A stretch of DNA of 63,572 nt, counting the filler, from Collodictyon triciliatum (Eukaryota), in NCBI GenBank assembly GCA_043381765.1. It is 13 parts of 13 records of this genome, joined end to end, with 100 filler letters (N's around TTAATTAATTAA, not from the genome) between each part and the next. Parts side by side here need not be neighbours in the genome. Positions count along the whole stretch, not along the records: positions 41,344 to 46,404 come from JBHJMP010005524.1; positions 46,505 to 51,566 come from JBHJMP010005525.1; positions 51,667 to 56,725 come from JBHJMP010005526.1; positions 56,826 to 61,884 come from JBHJMP010005527.1; 9 more parts are not named here. One strand, given 5' to 3'. The position numbers were made by a program, and so were the translations under genes. The notes beneath the pieces were generated by a model. The model saw nothing but the letters and a program-made list of their open reading frames with translations. It was not told where the DNA came from and made no database searches. Positions 43,496-59,435 of this stretch are shown here, one piece after another. The first letter of the stretch is position 1. The number at the start of each line of letters is the position of its first letter.

Positions 43496-44229
43496 GAGGA
43501 TAGAATCACTGATTATCTTGAATTGGTGTTTTTTATTTTATGATATNNNNNNNNNNNNNNNNNNNNNNNNNNNNNNNNNNNNNNNNNNNNNNNNNNNNNN
43601 NNNNNNNNNNNNNNNNNNNNNNNNNNNNNNNNNNNNNNNNNNNNNNNNNNNNNNNNNNNNNNNNNNNNNNNNNNNNNNNNNNNNNNNNNNNNNNNNNNNN
43701 NNNNNNNNNNNNNNNNNNNNNNNNNNNNNNNNNNNNNNNNNNNNNNNNNNNNNNNNNNNNNNNNNNNNNNNNNNNNNNNNNNNNNNNNNNNNNNNNNNNN
43801 NNNNNNNNNNNNNNNNNNNNNNNNNNNNNNNNNNNNNNNNNNNNNNNNNNNNNNNNNNNNNNNNNNNNNNNNNNNNNNNNNNNNNNNNNNNNNNNNNNNN
43901 NNNNNNNNNNNNNNNNNNNNNNNNNNNNNNNNNNNNNNNNNNNNNNNNNNNNNNNNNNNNNNNNNNNNNNNNNNNNNNNNNNNNNNNNNNNNNNNNNNNN
44001 NNNNNNNNNNNNNNNNNNNNNNNNNNNNNNNNNNNNNNNNNNNNNNNNNNNNNNNNNNNNNNNNNNNNNNNNNNNNNNNNNNNNNNNGTTATTGTTAATA
44101 ATTTTTTAGGAGTAATCTTGTTTGTTTGTTGTTGGTTTTAATTATTATTATTATTTTCCGATTATAGGTTAATGAGAATCGAATAAAAGACGTGCATTTA
44201 TTCAAGTAAATGAAAGGCTATTATCCTAT

Positions 44230-46213
44230 GCAAACCTGAACGGAATATCAAGGTGGCTTTGCATATAAACACAGAATTCTCGCTGATAGTAGGCTAGGAT
44301 TAAAATAAAGGGGTATATCAATATTACTTTGCCCTCGGTATTCTCTTAAGATGATAATTATTAAATCATGAATATTGGGCATATGTACACGCAGGATTTG
44401 CCTACAAGCAGTGAGATATTCTATGAAATTGGTGCAATCTAAGGCGAATTAAAATAAAATGTTAGCAACATACCAACGTTGTCTGGGTCTCTAGAAACAA
44501 CAAAGTTATAGTCCTGTAAAGCGCGGGTGAAATTACCCTGCGATTCGAACGAGCGGAATGGATGTGAGAATTAATATATTGTTGTATAAACATCGAAAAT
44601 AGCTTCTGATGCCGACTTTGAATGGTAGTAAATGAGAAACCATACCATAGAATGATAGCAAACACCACGCATTTGGTGCGCTTCAACGCTATCTGACTGA
44701 ATCATAATGACTGCAGAGAAATCTTGAACAGCCTGGATGAGGCTTCCTAATTATACGAATAATTTGTGTTTATTTTTGAAAAAAAAAAAATGAGGTACTT
44801 TCATCTGAAATACTCAATTCCAAACAAGTTTTTTTTATCAACTATCCTTCGTGCAATTATTTGAACATGTATGTGATTGAGTATGGAAACACTTTTCTTT
44901 GTGAAAAAAAAAATTAATCTAAGCATGAAGTCTTATATATTCAATATCCAAGCGTGTATTCTGTAAACATGTGATGTACTAACCTGTTCCGTGATGAACT
45001 ACCCCCCTCATATAAAAGCCTGCAATGAGATTGCTTTCTTGATCGACAGCCTAGTATATATATTTTATTTATTGTGTTTTGTTCTGAAAATTAGCTCCAC
45101 GTGAATACACCATATGTATATGTGTCGATGTATATTTAACAGAGAAGAGCTCTATGCAACTGTCATTTACACCTAGATTTCTGAAGGAGAAGGTTCCATA
45201 GGTTTCTGGTTTCGTATATTACCTTTGTGAGCCATTCGATGGCCGGTTTAACCAGGCCCAGTTCACGATAAGCAATACCCATTTGGAGTAGTGCCTCGAC
45301 CATATTGGGGACTTTCGCCAATGCTCGTTGAAACATGCGAATAGCCTGGATTATTAAGAAGATTATGGATACAAACTGGCCAGGAGTGAGTGGGTTTTCA
45401 GATTGAATAAGATAGCCTTATATGCCTGTGCATTATATTCGGGTACGTTCAATACCAAAGAACTAAATGTGGCGAAGATTTTAAGAGAGATTGTTTAATT
45501 AAATGAATAGAAGTCTAAGTACCGAATGGGCGTCACCAGTTTGCATATAGCATTGACCGGCGACACAAATAATGGCAACGTTGTCAGGCTCCTTTTCTAT
45601 CACCTTGTTAAAGTCGATGATGGCCTGTCTGAAATTTTGCTGACCCGTGCATTCAAACATTAGAAGGTTTCATTAAGTATGCGGTTGTATAAATGACAAG
45701 CTATGGTGGGCTTCAAAGGGCGGAGGGAAGACCACAGAGGGTGCGGCTAAAATGTATAACTTTTTTTTTCTTCAGCAAAGGAAGTAAAAGTAATGGGAGA
45801 GAAAGCATTTGTTTTGAATGCTATGGTGCAGCAATAGGTTGGTTTGAATTACCATGCGATGATAAACAAGACCGCGTCGGTTCCATATAGCCGAATGTCC
45901 AGACGGGGGGGAAATTTCTAAGGCTCTGGAAAAGTCTTTGATTGCTTCAACGTCTTTTCCATTGAGGAGGTATGCCTGACAGACGGTTTTAAGATATGTT
46001 ACATTTGCTTCGGCTGGTAAACCCATTATAGTTAGCATAAGATTTGGAATAGCACTGGAAAAAAAAAGCGAGAGAAAATTTTTGATAGCCATAATTATTC
46101 TTACCACGATATTACGAATAGGAAAACGAGTAGATTTACCTGAGCACGGCGTGTGTATGGATCTGACATCTTTGGGTTGATTTCGATCGCCTTTGTGAAG
46201 TCAGCGATGGCCT
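44230..46213 (-). CDS. Tetratricopeptide-repeat protein (multi-exon, partial)
   Basis: AIADFTKAIEINP; AIKDFSRALEISP..WNRRGLVY; AIIDFNKVIEKEP; AIRMFQRALAKVPNMVEALLQMGIAY. Confidence 0.85.
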
Positions 46214-46504
46214 GGTTTTATGAATGGGGATGGTTTAATGAATTTGCATGTGTTTCATTTTATTTGTAAGGAAATAGAAAAAGATAGCTCAAATTTGCAA
46301 CATGTGCATGAGCTTGTTTTTTTTGTTTTTTTTTTGTTTTTTTTGTTTTTTTTGTTTTTTTTGTTTTTTTTGTTTTTTTTGTTTTTTTTTTTTTTTGTTT
46401 TTTTNNNNNNNNNNNNNNNNNNNNNNNNNNNNNNNNNNNNNNNNNNNNTTAATTAATTAANNNNNNNNNNNNNNNNNNNNNNNNNNNNNNNNNNNNNNNN
46501 NNNN

Positions 46505-46600
46505 AGTGTGGGGGAAAAGTGTGGGGGAAAAGTGTGGGGGAAAAGTGTGGGGGAAAAGTGTGGGGGAAAAGTGTGGGGGAAAAGTGTGGGGGAAAAGTGT
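46505..46600. repeat. G-rich 13-mer tandem repeat (AGTGTGGGGGAAA)n
   Basis: About 7 perfect units at a contig start. Confidence 0.9.
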
Positions 46601-48046
46601 GGCTCCAGTTGAGGAAAAGCAGCCGCGGCAGTGGGGGAAGAGGCTGGGCACAGAGGGCGAAAGCGAAAGCAAAAGCAAATGATTCCGCAGGCGGTTTGTG
46701 GGTTTTTGAGACTCTTTCGTATGGGCGTGTGAATATCATCTGCGCGAGTCTCGTCGCAGCGCTCGGTGGTGGGCTTTGCTGCAGGCTTTGGCCAAGTGCG
46801 CGAATTATTTGGTGCTTTCCACACAAAATATTTAAAATCAAAGAGGGAAAATAAAAACCATAGGAAAAATGGTACAAACCAGAGGAAAAATGGGCGAATT
46901 AAAATATAGTAACAAATCAAAGTTATTCAATGATGATACTTTTACTAAAAATGTATATTTCAATTTACATTCAGTTAATATACACATATAAGAACATTTT
47001 TCCTAATAATACAGAATTTTGTCCATATACGAAAATTCACCTGCCAAACACTGGGATACAATAGCGACCCTAGCTATTATCGACTAATGTAGGTAGTTTG
47101 ATAGCTTCACCGGAACATTGCTCTTTACATCAGGATTCTTGGTAAATGCATTACAACTAGCCTTTTAGAACTATATTATTATATATGTAGTAATATATAT
47201 GTATTATATTATTATATAAGTAATATCTTGTATAATCAAGATTATATAAATATAAATACATAAATTCCAAAAATGTATCTGATTGCATTTAAGATCAAAG
47301 TCCTTAGGTACACAGCAAGCAGCCGAGATGAATCAAGCAGGCGAGGCAAAGAAGGCAACCCTCTTCGTTCCACACAGCAGGCCAGTAACGAATCAAAGCG
47401 ACAGAATCCAGACAAATGCGCTCTCCTCGACGGCGACGACTTTCTCACCACATCAGCGGAGGGAACCATGGCCGTGTATTGCATCCAGGCTCTGCGGCTG
47501 CCGCTTCGGCCCAACTCTTCAGAGACAACTTTTGGAGCGGGCTTCTTGTCGGGGCTGCGTTATGCATCGCCTACTTTCTCCACGGAGTTCTTCGCTGAGC
47601 CGCTTGGATTCCGAGAGCCCAAGAATCAGTCGATTAGTATCTGTGGTTTCTTCTACATAAGCTGGTCTCCATGAGGCGGAGGGCATTTTTGAGTCTTCCC
47701 TTCCTCCCTGTCTGGGTATTCATGAAAGAAGAAGGAAAAGGGAAAGTTTAGCGCCTTTTCTCAGACACCTCTGGGGTTGCCTATCTTTGGCGGGACCTTT
47801 CACCTCTCGCTGATATGTGCGTTTGCTTGCTTGCTTGCTTGTTTTTTTTTCTCTCTCTGATCAGTATGCCAGCCCTCTGCTTTTATCGCCCGTCGAGATA
47901 AGGGCTGTTTTCCATACGTATCTTGGATATACGCGGCAGCTTATTTATTGATCCCGTTTATCCCCCAACGAGGAGGTAAAATAAAGGAGATGAGAACGAC
48001 AAGGGAAAGATAAGACTGAGGGCGAGAGAGAGTTTTGTACTTGCTA

Positions 48047-51566
<3,520 letters not shown>

Positions 51567-52034
51567 NNNNNNNNNNNNNNNNNNNNNNNNNNNNNNNNNN
51601 NNNNNNNNNNTTAATTAATTAANNNNNNNNNNNNNNNNNNNNNNNNNNNNNNNNNNNNNNNNNNNNAACAATAAAAAACAATAAAAAACAATAAAAAACA
51701 ATAAAAAACAATAAAAAAACAATAAAAAACAATAAAAAACAATAAAAAACAATAAAAAAACAATAAAAAGCAAAAAACAATGAAAGGTTGTTATCCATAA
51801 TAGAAATATTGAGAACGAAAACATGATTTAACTACATATGCTAGTTTGTAGCAAAATAGCCTCTTCCTTTATATTCTCCTATTCTCGATTCGAAGATAGC
51901 CTCGTCTTTTATAGTATTCATATCATCACCAATTTTTCTCCTTAGTTCGATTTTAAACTCATTACATATAGTCATTGTAGACCTATACATTTTGTAGTTT
52001 TTCACTCAATACATACAAGTTGAGTATCCTTCTG

Positions 52035-55000
52035 ATGGACCATGCTGTCTATACCCAGATGCAAGCGAAAGCGATTCGCCCTCTGCCTGCGCTTGTCATC
52101 AACGTTGAGGCATCCATCCAGGATGCCGATCTTGAAGCCCACCTGCACACAGCCCCCCTTCCTCCAATCCCACATATTTCCCCGACGATACAGCGTTCCG
52201 CATCGCCCTTCGCTGATCAATTGAACGCTGTTCTTGAACAAAGCCATAGTAATATCGACAATAGTAATCGAGATGATGGGCATCAAGAAAGCGACCCTGT
52301 CGGCGAACCGTATCCAAGTTCCGTGGATGCGGAGTTGGAGACCCAAACGACATCATCACACTCACAAAAACAAATGCCATGTTATCTATCACGGAAGCAG
52401 ACAGTCCATTTTTTGAGTCCTGAAAGCGATACTGGAGAAGGGGTTGGAGCAAGTTCAAAGGGTTTTCACTCCAGAGGCGGTCTGTCGCATATTCCTCCAA
52501 TCGCCCGGTCTGGCTCAACTCTTCCAATCGACCTTTCTCCAAATATATCCGTTCTTCGCAGAAGAATAGTCTCACTGTGCGACACAGAGCTTCACCTTAT
52601 GTTGGATTCTCACCGCATCTTCTCGAACCTCCTGGGTGGCCCGCCTTTGACTAGATTCGTAGTTGGGTATGTTTTCAAAACTTTTGGTAGATTGTTTTCA
52701 TTAATGTATTGCCTATCTGCTCCAATGTTTTTTTGTGCGATTCTTTACCCATCCTTTTGGACATCCTGTATATACATGGGTCTTGGAAGTTTCGGTATAG
52801 TTCATCAAATTTGTATGGGACTCATCTTACAAGTTGACATCGTCAAAATGGCATTAACCCATTTCGAGAGCCTCTTTTTAATATTCAATACGTTTTTATG
52901 CATCCTCACATTTTTCGATATGCTTGAATGGCCGTCATATTCAATAGTAGCGGTGCCATATTTTGCATTCAGTGCGATCAATATTTTTCTTGTTGATGCA
53001 TTTCCAATCAGTTTCTCACAATTTGAAGAAAACATCAAAAATATCAGACAAGAGAAGCAAAAGAAGAAGGAGGTGACCGAATATCGCTCAAGCAGTGATT
53101 CTTTTGATGAAATGGAAGATAATAAGGCCCCATTTAATGAAGCAGAGCCAGGTCCCATCATTTCTCACCTCCAAGTACCAAGCAAGTATCCCGAACCGTA
53201 CGAGAATAACCCAATAGATGATTCGTGTCAGCAAGCCCCAGGGGCGAAGCCAAATAATGTGGATGTCTTTAATGAAGTTACTGAATCAGCAATATTTTCT
53301 TGGATATCTGACCAGAATTACGTTCGCATGATATGTCGCAATCTATATCTCACCCTAAGCCAGACCCACAGTAAATCAACCTGGAGAGCCTTTCTTTGGA
53401 AATCTCAAATTATCCGATTACATGGCTCTGCTACAATCATGACCTTATTCTTAGCTACTGCTATTCCATTAGTTATATACTTTTTTGTACAGTTCAAGAT
53501 AGCGCCGAACTTAAGAACAAAACAGTTTCGGATCCTCAACAGTATCATCACTACGGATGCAATCTGCCGTTCTTGCTGTATCAATATGGGGTTCTTTAAT
53601 TTTCGACGGTTGGTTTCGACATTTGTCTACCCATTGAAGATGCACTGTGTTAGTCGGAGGATGATGAAGATTCCCTTGGTACTTAGTTGGGAAAGTATCC
53701 TCAGAAATAGAAAAGTGTCAGAATCCTTAAATTTGGAGCGAGTCAACAGTCATTACGATAATTACTCACTTAATGAAGTAAGGGACTTGAGAAGGATGCG
53801 GTCCATGCGCTACTCATTTAATGGAAACAAGAGAAAAAGTGTCAATTCTCCGCATATGAACCGGCGAAGCGTGGCCAATCCATCAGATAGCCCGATAGAC
53901 AGTAGACTCGCACGGTTTAAAAGAGGCTCTCAAGTCTCTATCATGAAGTCAAAAAATTCAATATTCTCGTCCAAAGGATCGCTCTTTGGAAACTCCAGCA
54001 ACCAGTTGATACCTATAGCAGACTCTGCTTCTATAGAAAATCCGTCTAGTACCTCCAGCAAGGACGAAATGAAAACTCCTTGTCACCCCAACGCAATCCC
54101 CAGCAATCACGATGATTCGTCTCATTTCTTGAACACAGAACAAGATTACATACACAATTCAAAGCACATACCGAGAAGTCCCACCAGTATGAGTACATCA
54201 TCTGACCAAGTCTCCATAGGTACAACCGGAAGTAGACTTGTATCAGGCCGAAACAGTCGCATCAATCTCAAGAATAATAATTTTGAAATGGACATGCACG
54301 ATTCTCACGCAAACAGAACTGGCGGATTATTAAACAGGGCTCAGACTTTTCGGTCAAATAGGATTGAGTCTATTAGCTCTAGGCGTTCTTCGGTTGCACA
54401 CGGAACTTATTGGAAAGGATTCACATTCGAAGACCACACATTCGACAGACGGAATAATTCACTCAGTCAATTACCACAATCGGCTGAAAATGCTCGTTAT
54501 TATGTTATTTCAACACCTATGAACGACCAAACAACGATGGATTACACAAAGACGTTAGGGGAAATCCTGTTTGGGTGGAATAAGCATAACATTCTTAATC
54601 GGTTATCACACTTCATCTTTGGATGGTTTCAGGGTGTATGGGCGTTAAGTTTGATGATAACCCTTATATCGTTTATCATAAAAAATGAAGTCCTCTCGTA
54701 CATCGCGTGGATTGTTATTCCGATGGGAATTACACATCAACTCTGCTTCTTGTCCCTATACTCGATAAACCCTACGCTAATGGCCTTAAAATCTTTTGAG
54801 ACCATATTTCTCCTAGGAAATGCGTTTGTTTGCTGCACTGGATTAGGGGAATATATGCAATGGGAAGGGTATCAAGTTTGGATTGGAATCCCTTTGCTTT
54901 TATTAAGCTTTTTATCAGGCTCTTTAATTGATGGGCAGCCCATTTCTTTCCTTCGGTTCTCGAAAGAGCTACACCAACTCCATACAGAGCAGCTTCTGGG

Positions 55001-55499
55001 CCAGAATGACGTGTTTTCATATGCAAACCCAATTACCGATGTAACACAACTCGTAAAGCGTCATGTGAGAAAGTCTTCAAAGAAGGAGGGGAAAGATTGG
55101 GATGGATTCAAAATAGAGGAATGCCACAACAACCCAAAATCTTATGATACTGATTTATCCTTCCGTGAAAAGATGAGGCTCAAGTGGCACATATCGTCTC
55201 TTTATTCTCATTCAACTTGGAAGAGTATGGCTATAGTCCTGCTCTCGATTTTGTCGTTAATGGTTTTGATTGAATTGGATGTTGTGCTGAATCACAAACA
55301 ACAAGTCATTTACTTGACTATAGCAACATATTCACTCGATGCTCTTATCCGAATCTCTCTTTTTAACATGGGGGTCATCTTCTTCAAACGCATTTTGGCC
55401 AACATGGTGGATCCGTTCCGTTCAGCCACGATTGAGCGACGAGTAATTAAGATACCCTTGGCAACACGGCTATGTGAATTAGATGATAATATCGTCTAA
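52035..55499 (+). CDS. Intronless ~1150-aa multi-pass membrane protein with internal tandem duplication; family not recognised
   Basis: Long uninterrupted ORF with two homologous TM blocks separated by a Ser-rich linker. Confidence 0.85.
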   Translation: MDHAVYTQMQAKAIRPLPALVINVEASIQDADLEAHLHTAPLPPIPHISPTIQRSASPFADQLNAVLEQSHSNIDNSNRDDGHQESDPVGEPYPSSVDAELETQTTSSHSQKQMPCYLSRKQTVHFLSPESDTGEGVGASSKGFHSRGGLSHIPPIARSGSTLPIDLSPNISVLRRRIVSLCDTELHLMLDSHRIFSNLLGGPPLTRFVVGYVFKTFGRLFSLMYCLSAPMFFCAILYPSFWTSCIYMGLGSFGIVHQICMGLILQVDIVKMALTHFESLFLIFNTFLCILTFFDMLEWPSYSIVAVPYFAFSAINIFLVDAFPISFSQFEENIKNIRQEKQKKKEVTEYRSSSDSFDEMEDNKAPFNEAEPGPIISHLQVPSKYPEPYENNPIDDSCQQAPGAKPNNVDVFNEVTESAIFSWISDQNYVRMICRNLYLTLSQTHSKSTWRAFLWKSQIIRLHGSATIMTLFLATAIPLVIYFFVQFKIAPNLRTKQFRILNSIITTDAICRSCCINMGFFNFRRLVSTFVYPLKMHCVSRRMMKIPLVLSWESILRNRKVSESLNLERVNSHYDNYSLNEVRDLRRMRSMRYSFNGNKRKSVNSPHMNRRSVANPSDSPIDSRLARFKRGSQVSIMKSKNSIFSSKGSLFGNSSNQLIPIADSASIENPSSTSSKDEMKTPCHPNAIPSNHDDSSHFLNTEQDYIHNSKHIPRSPTSMSTSSDQVSIGTTGSRLVSGRNSRINLKNNNFEMDMHDSHANRTGGLLNRAQTFRSNRIESISSRRSSVAHGTYWKGFTFEDHTFDRRNNSLSQLPQSAENARYYVISTPMNDQTTMDYTKTLGEILFGWNKHNILNRLSHFIFGWFQGVWALSLMITLISFIIKNEVLSYIAWIVIPMGITHQLCFLSLYSINPTLMALKSFETIFLLGNAFVCCTGLGEYMQWEGYQVWIGIPLLLLSFLSGSLIDGQPISFLRFSKELHQLHTEQLLGQNDVFSYANPITDVTQLVKRHVRKSSKKEGKDWDGFKIEECHNNPKSYDTDLSFREKMRLKWHISSLYSHSTWKSMAIVLLSILSLMVLIELDVVLNHKQQVIYLTIATYSLDALIRISLFNMGVIFFKRILANMVDPFRSATIERRVIKIPLATRLCELDDNIV

Positions 55500-56344
55500 C
55501 GATGGGATTACTGTCATAAGCCGCCCTTTAACTATCTTTCAATGACGTTCCAAAATTTATTTCCACATTAATTTTAATTACACGCTTATCCCAGTGAAAT
55601 AATGCGAAAATCAGATTATTTTTTCAGTTACATATCATGTGGAATCCATTGATGGTGAAGTTGCGCTCTACATTTCACATATTTTTTTCTTTACCTCGTG
55701 AATAATCTATTTGAGCACACCAACAAAATAAAATATTAAAAAAAAATATCGTAAACGAATGAGCGAATTTTTCTCCATATTCGATTGGATGTAGAAATGA
55801 TGAATTACAAGACTTCAAAATATTACACATCAATCCTAACAGTCATTTACAACCTAACGCCACAGAAGCCGCATTTGTTTTTGTGGAAAGGATGGAAAAA
55901 CTCTCTTCGGTAGTCATATTTTCCACATTTAGAAGAAGCATGAGATGAATCTGATCACAAAAGAATCACACTTAGCAGTTTGGCATCATGAGTTTCGGTC
56001 ACGGCCGAGAGTCAGCCAAGGCTGGGCGAATAAGAAGGCTGAGAGGGGATGGAAAACATACGGCTTTCATCCCACTCTTCAAACACCATATAAATCTAGT
56101 GTTGTGTATGATTAAGTCTACCTTTTCCTTTTTTTCTTTTTTTTTTTCATTCATTTCTTCGTTCATCTATTCACTTTCTTCACTTTCTTCACTTTCTTCA
56201 CTTCATTTTCTTCATTTTCTTCATTTTCTTCATTTCCTTTGCTTCTTTGCTTCTTTGCTTCTTTGCTTCTTTTCCTTTGCTTCTTTGCTTCTTTGCTTCT
56301 TTCCTTCATTCCCAAGGTCATTACCTTCCAACCGTGCCCTTCAC

Positions 56345-56453
56345 GCCTATATATTCATATATTTTTTTTATTCTTCCTTTCAAGTTTGTGCAGGATGGTG
56401 GAGATGTTGGCTTTGGCTCGCTAGCCATTGTTTGCTTGCCTATATATTCATAT
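56345..56453 (-). mobile_element. ~77-bp 5'-truncated LINE insertion with A-tail and 16-bp TSD
   Basis: 56369-56435 matches 16123-16189; GCCTATATATTCATAT at 56345-56360 and 56438-56453. Confidence 0.85.
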
Positions 56454-57072
56454 CCGCACTCAGGGAGTCATTTTGTAGGAAAAGATTACTATATGGGGAC
56501 GGAGACCAGGCCTAACCTTATCTCTGGAGTGCTGGTGTATGACATAGACCTTCCTGAAGGACTCACAGGTTCCCTTCTTTTTCTTCTATCGATCAACGAC
56601 CCGCTACTCACAGGTCACAGGCTCCCAAACTGAAATGCTTAGCAATTATCATGTTGCGTTGTGAAACTACTACGCGCTTAACAAAAAAACAAAAAAAACA
56701 AAAAAAACAAAAAAAACAAAAAAACNNNNNNNNNNNNNNNNNNNNNNNNNNNNNNNNNNNNNNNNNNNNTTAATTAATTAANNNNNNNNNNNNNNNNNNN
56801 NNNNNNNNNNNNNNNNNNNNNNNNNAAAAACCAATAAAAAACCAATAAAAAACCAATAAAAAACCAATAAAAAACCAATAAAAAACCAATAAAAAACCAA
56901 TAAAAAACCAATAAAAAACCAATAATCCCATACTGACTTTAACACAATTTTTATCTTTTTATTAAAAAAAATAATTGAATCTCCACATTCTCTTTGTCTC
57001 TAACGAACGCATTCACCCATCGATGATTAAGTGCGAAGACCGAAGCCCAGAGCAAAATTACTATGGAGCAAA

Positions 57073-59191
57073 TGATGAAGATGGAAGGACATGGTGTTCT
57101 GGCCTTTGCTGCAGAGTCCAGTCTTCTGGTGCTGGAAACAGCCTTGAAAAATGTAGAGGAAGCACACCGAAGGGAAACAAAAGGTCCTTTAGAACCTTTC
57201 CTTTAATTAGATTAACTATATATTTTTTTTATTAGCTCGCCCTCTCCTTTGAATTTGGTATATCGGCTTATTTTATGGATGTAATTGGTGTCATTTCTGA
57301 TAGATTTAGAAGCAAAATACCCGATGACTAAATTTAAACAAGTGATATTTATATACCCACCGTACAACAGAGCTCTGGTCTATGATTGAAAATCAACAGG
57401 CTCAGATAGAAGTACTGAAAAATCTCGTCCTTCAACTACAACGCGCGATTGTACCAAAGTCTGGTTTCAACATAGTTAATTCATTTTGTTATCTTCACAA
57501 AACCTAAACAATAGTCTTACAAAATTGAACTTTCCATAATTCCCAATTCTCTTTCTCCCCTTGAAGAGAAAGCATCACGTCCAAGCCCATCCACTCAGAT
57601 TCGCTGCTGGAAAAAAAGTCTTATGCCGTTTATTCTAACAAAGAGAACGTGCGAAACAGTGCCCATATCCCAGGTAAATTTACCCTTGTATACACATTTT
57701 TAATAATCCCTAGCAGCACACTTTGATTTTGGATGGTCATATATGTTTTAAAATATTCCTTCAAAGACTCAGAAGGAAACGCTTCCAATAGCCTTTGTAG
57801 CATACCGATAGGGTAATATTCAAGTACTATAAGATGTATCTATGTGAATAAATTTTTATTACAAAAAAATAAATAATCTATTTTACTGGTCACCTTTGAA
57901 GTTTGGTACTTATTCTCTTCATTTGATTCTTATAGGCAAAACATCTTGAGCATGAATGTGAAAAGAACGTTAACTCCCCCTGAAAGATACTCGCCCTATA
58001 CGAAGAAACAGAGCGGCTCTTTTGCGATACATTGTGACAAGACATATATGACTGCAGCGATAGATGAAAAAATTCCTGTTAATGGAAAGCGCAACGTATC
58101 CTTCACAAATGTGTTAGATTTGACTGCCGACTCTGGTGACGACTCTGACGAAACCTGCGACGACCCTTCAGGAGTACATGTATTCGTAAACGAGACAGAG
58201 AAGGCTAACATTTCATCCTTGGAAAAATGCAGCGTAGCAAGTAGCATAGAGACCGACACCACAACGACCCTTTCCAGACATGCAAGTAAAGGACATAACA
58301 TATCAAACAACCTGCCAAAAAGCTCAGAAGAACACACCTTTCCTGTTGACTTTGGAACCATGTCAAAATCTCGGCCAGCCTTATCGTAAGACTATCTTCT
58401 CCTTTGTTTGTTTGATTAGTTCATCTCTTTTTTCGCCTTTCCCTTCTGTGATTTTTCCTTTGATATTCTGAGGAGATCGATAGTGTGATATTCCTACCAA
58501 ATCAAACACAAACATCACAAACATGTGCACTTCTTTTCTAAAATCATAATTATGCTCCAACTCATTTCTGAATTTTTTTCTTGCTATTTTTCTTTTCAAC
58601 TTCTGTGTATACAATTTAGGACACTTTCCAACCACAAAGGCAAGTCGAGGAAAAAAGAAGACAGGGACGCAATGAAGGCAACCTCGTGTGCTCAATGCGA
58701 CAATGTACTAAGTAAATCAGGCCACAGATTGTTGGCTCTTTTTTTCTTTTTCAGAGGCACCAAATAAAGCAAAATAAAGCAAAATAAAGCAAAATAAAGC
58801 AAAATAAAGCAAAATAAAGCAAAATAAAATAAAATAAAAATAAAACAAAACAAAAATAAAGCAAAATAAAACAAAAACTCATTAAAAAATAACGCAGAAT
58901 AAAAAATAAAACAAAATAAAGTAAAATAGAACAAAAACTCATTAAAAAATAACGCAGAATAATACCCATGAATCCTGAATCCTAAATCCCGATTTTCTGC
59001 GCTTGACTCGACACGGCAGTTCTACAAAGCCGTCTCCGGACCCAATCTACCCGTCGACAAACTCAGACAGTATTGCTCGCGCCACCGACACGACCACACA
59101 GCGCCGCGAACACCCCCCGGATTTTGGGGTGTATCCTTCGGTCCGCACGACTGAGTCACATCCAGACTCAGACTTAGACTCAGACTCTTGA
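57073..59191 (+). CDS. Spliced hypothetical protein, Ser/Thr/Asp-rich
   Basis: Series of short GT-AG exons plus a larger exon ~57937-58385 ending at GTAAG; no family recognised. Confidence 0.4.
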
Positions 59192-59435
59192 ACAACTAAT
59201 TCGTTGTGAACAAATACCACATTCCCACACCCCACATGTTTCTTGTTTTTTTTTTCTTTCTTTCATCTTCCTACATCTTCCTTTGTCACAATCACAATCA
59301 CAACCACACAGACAACCGCACCCTTTACTAAGACCCACCCTTTTTTTTTTTCGTTCGGTCAGAGTTGAGGACATTCCAAAAAGGAAAGAGAAAACATTCA
59401 TACCTATTCTGGAAAATATATTTTGCGCGACTGTC

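Noticed and set aside
43494-44141. Long ORFs spanning 43547-44087
   Set aside because: Composed of N-gap residues.
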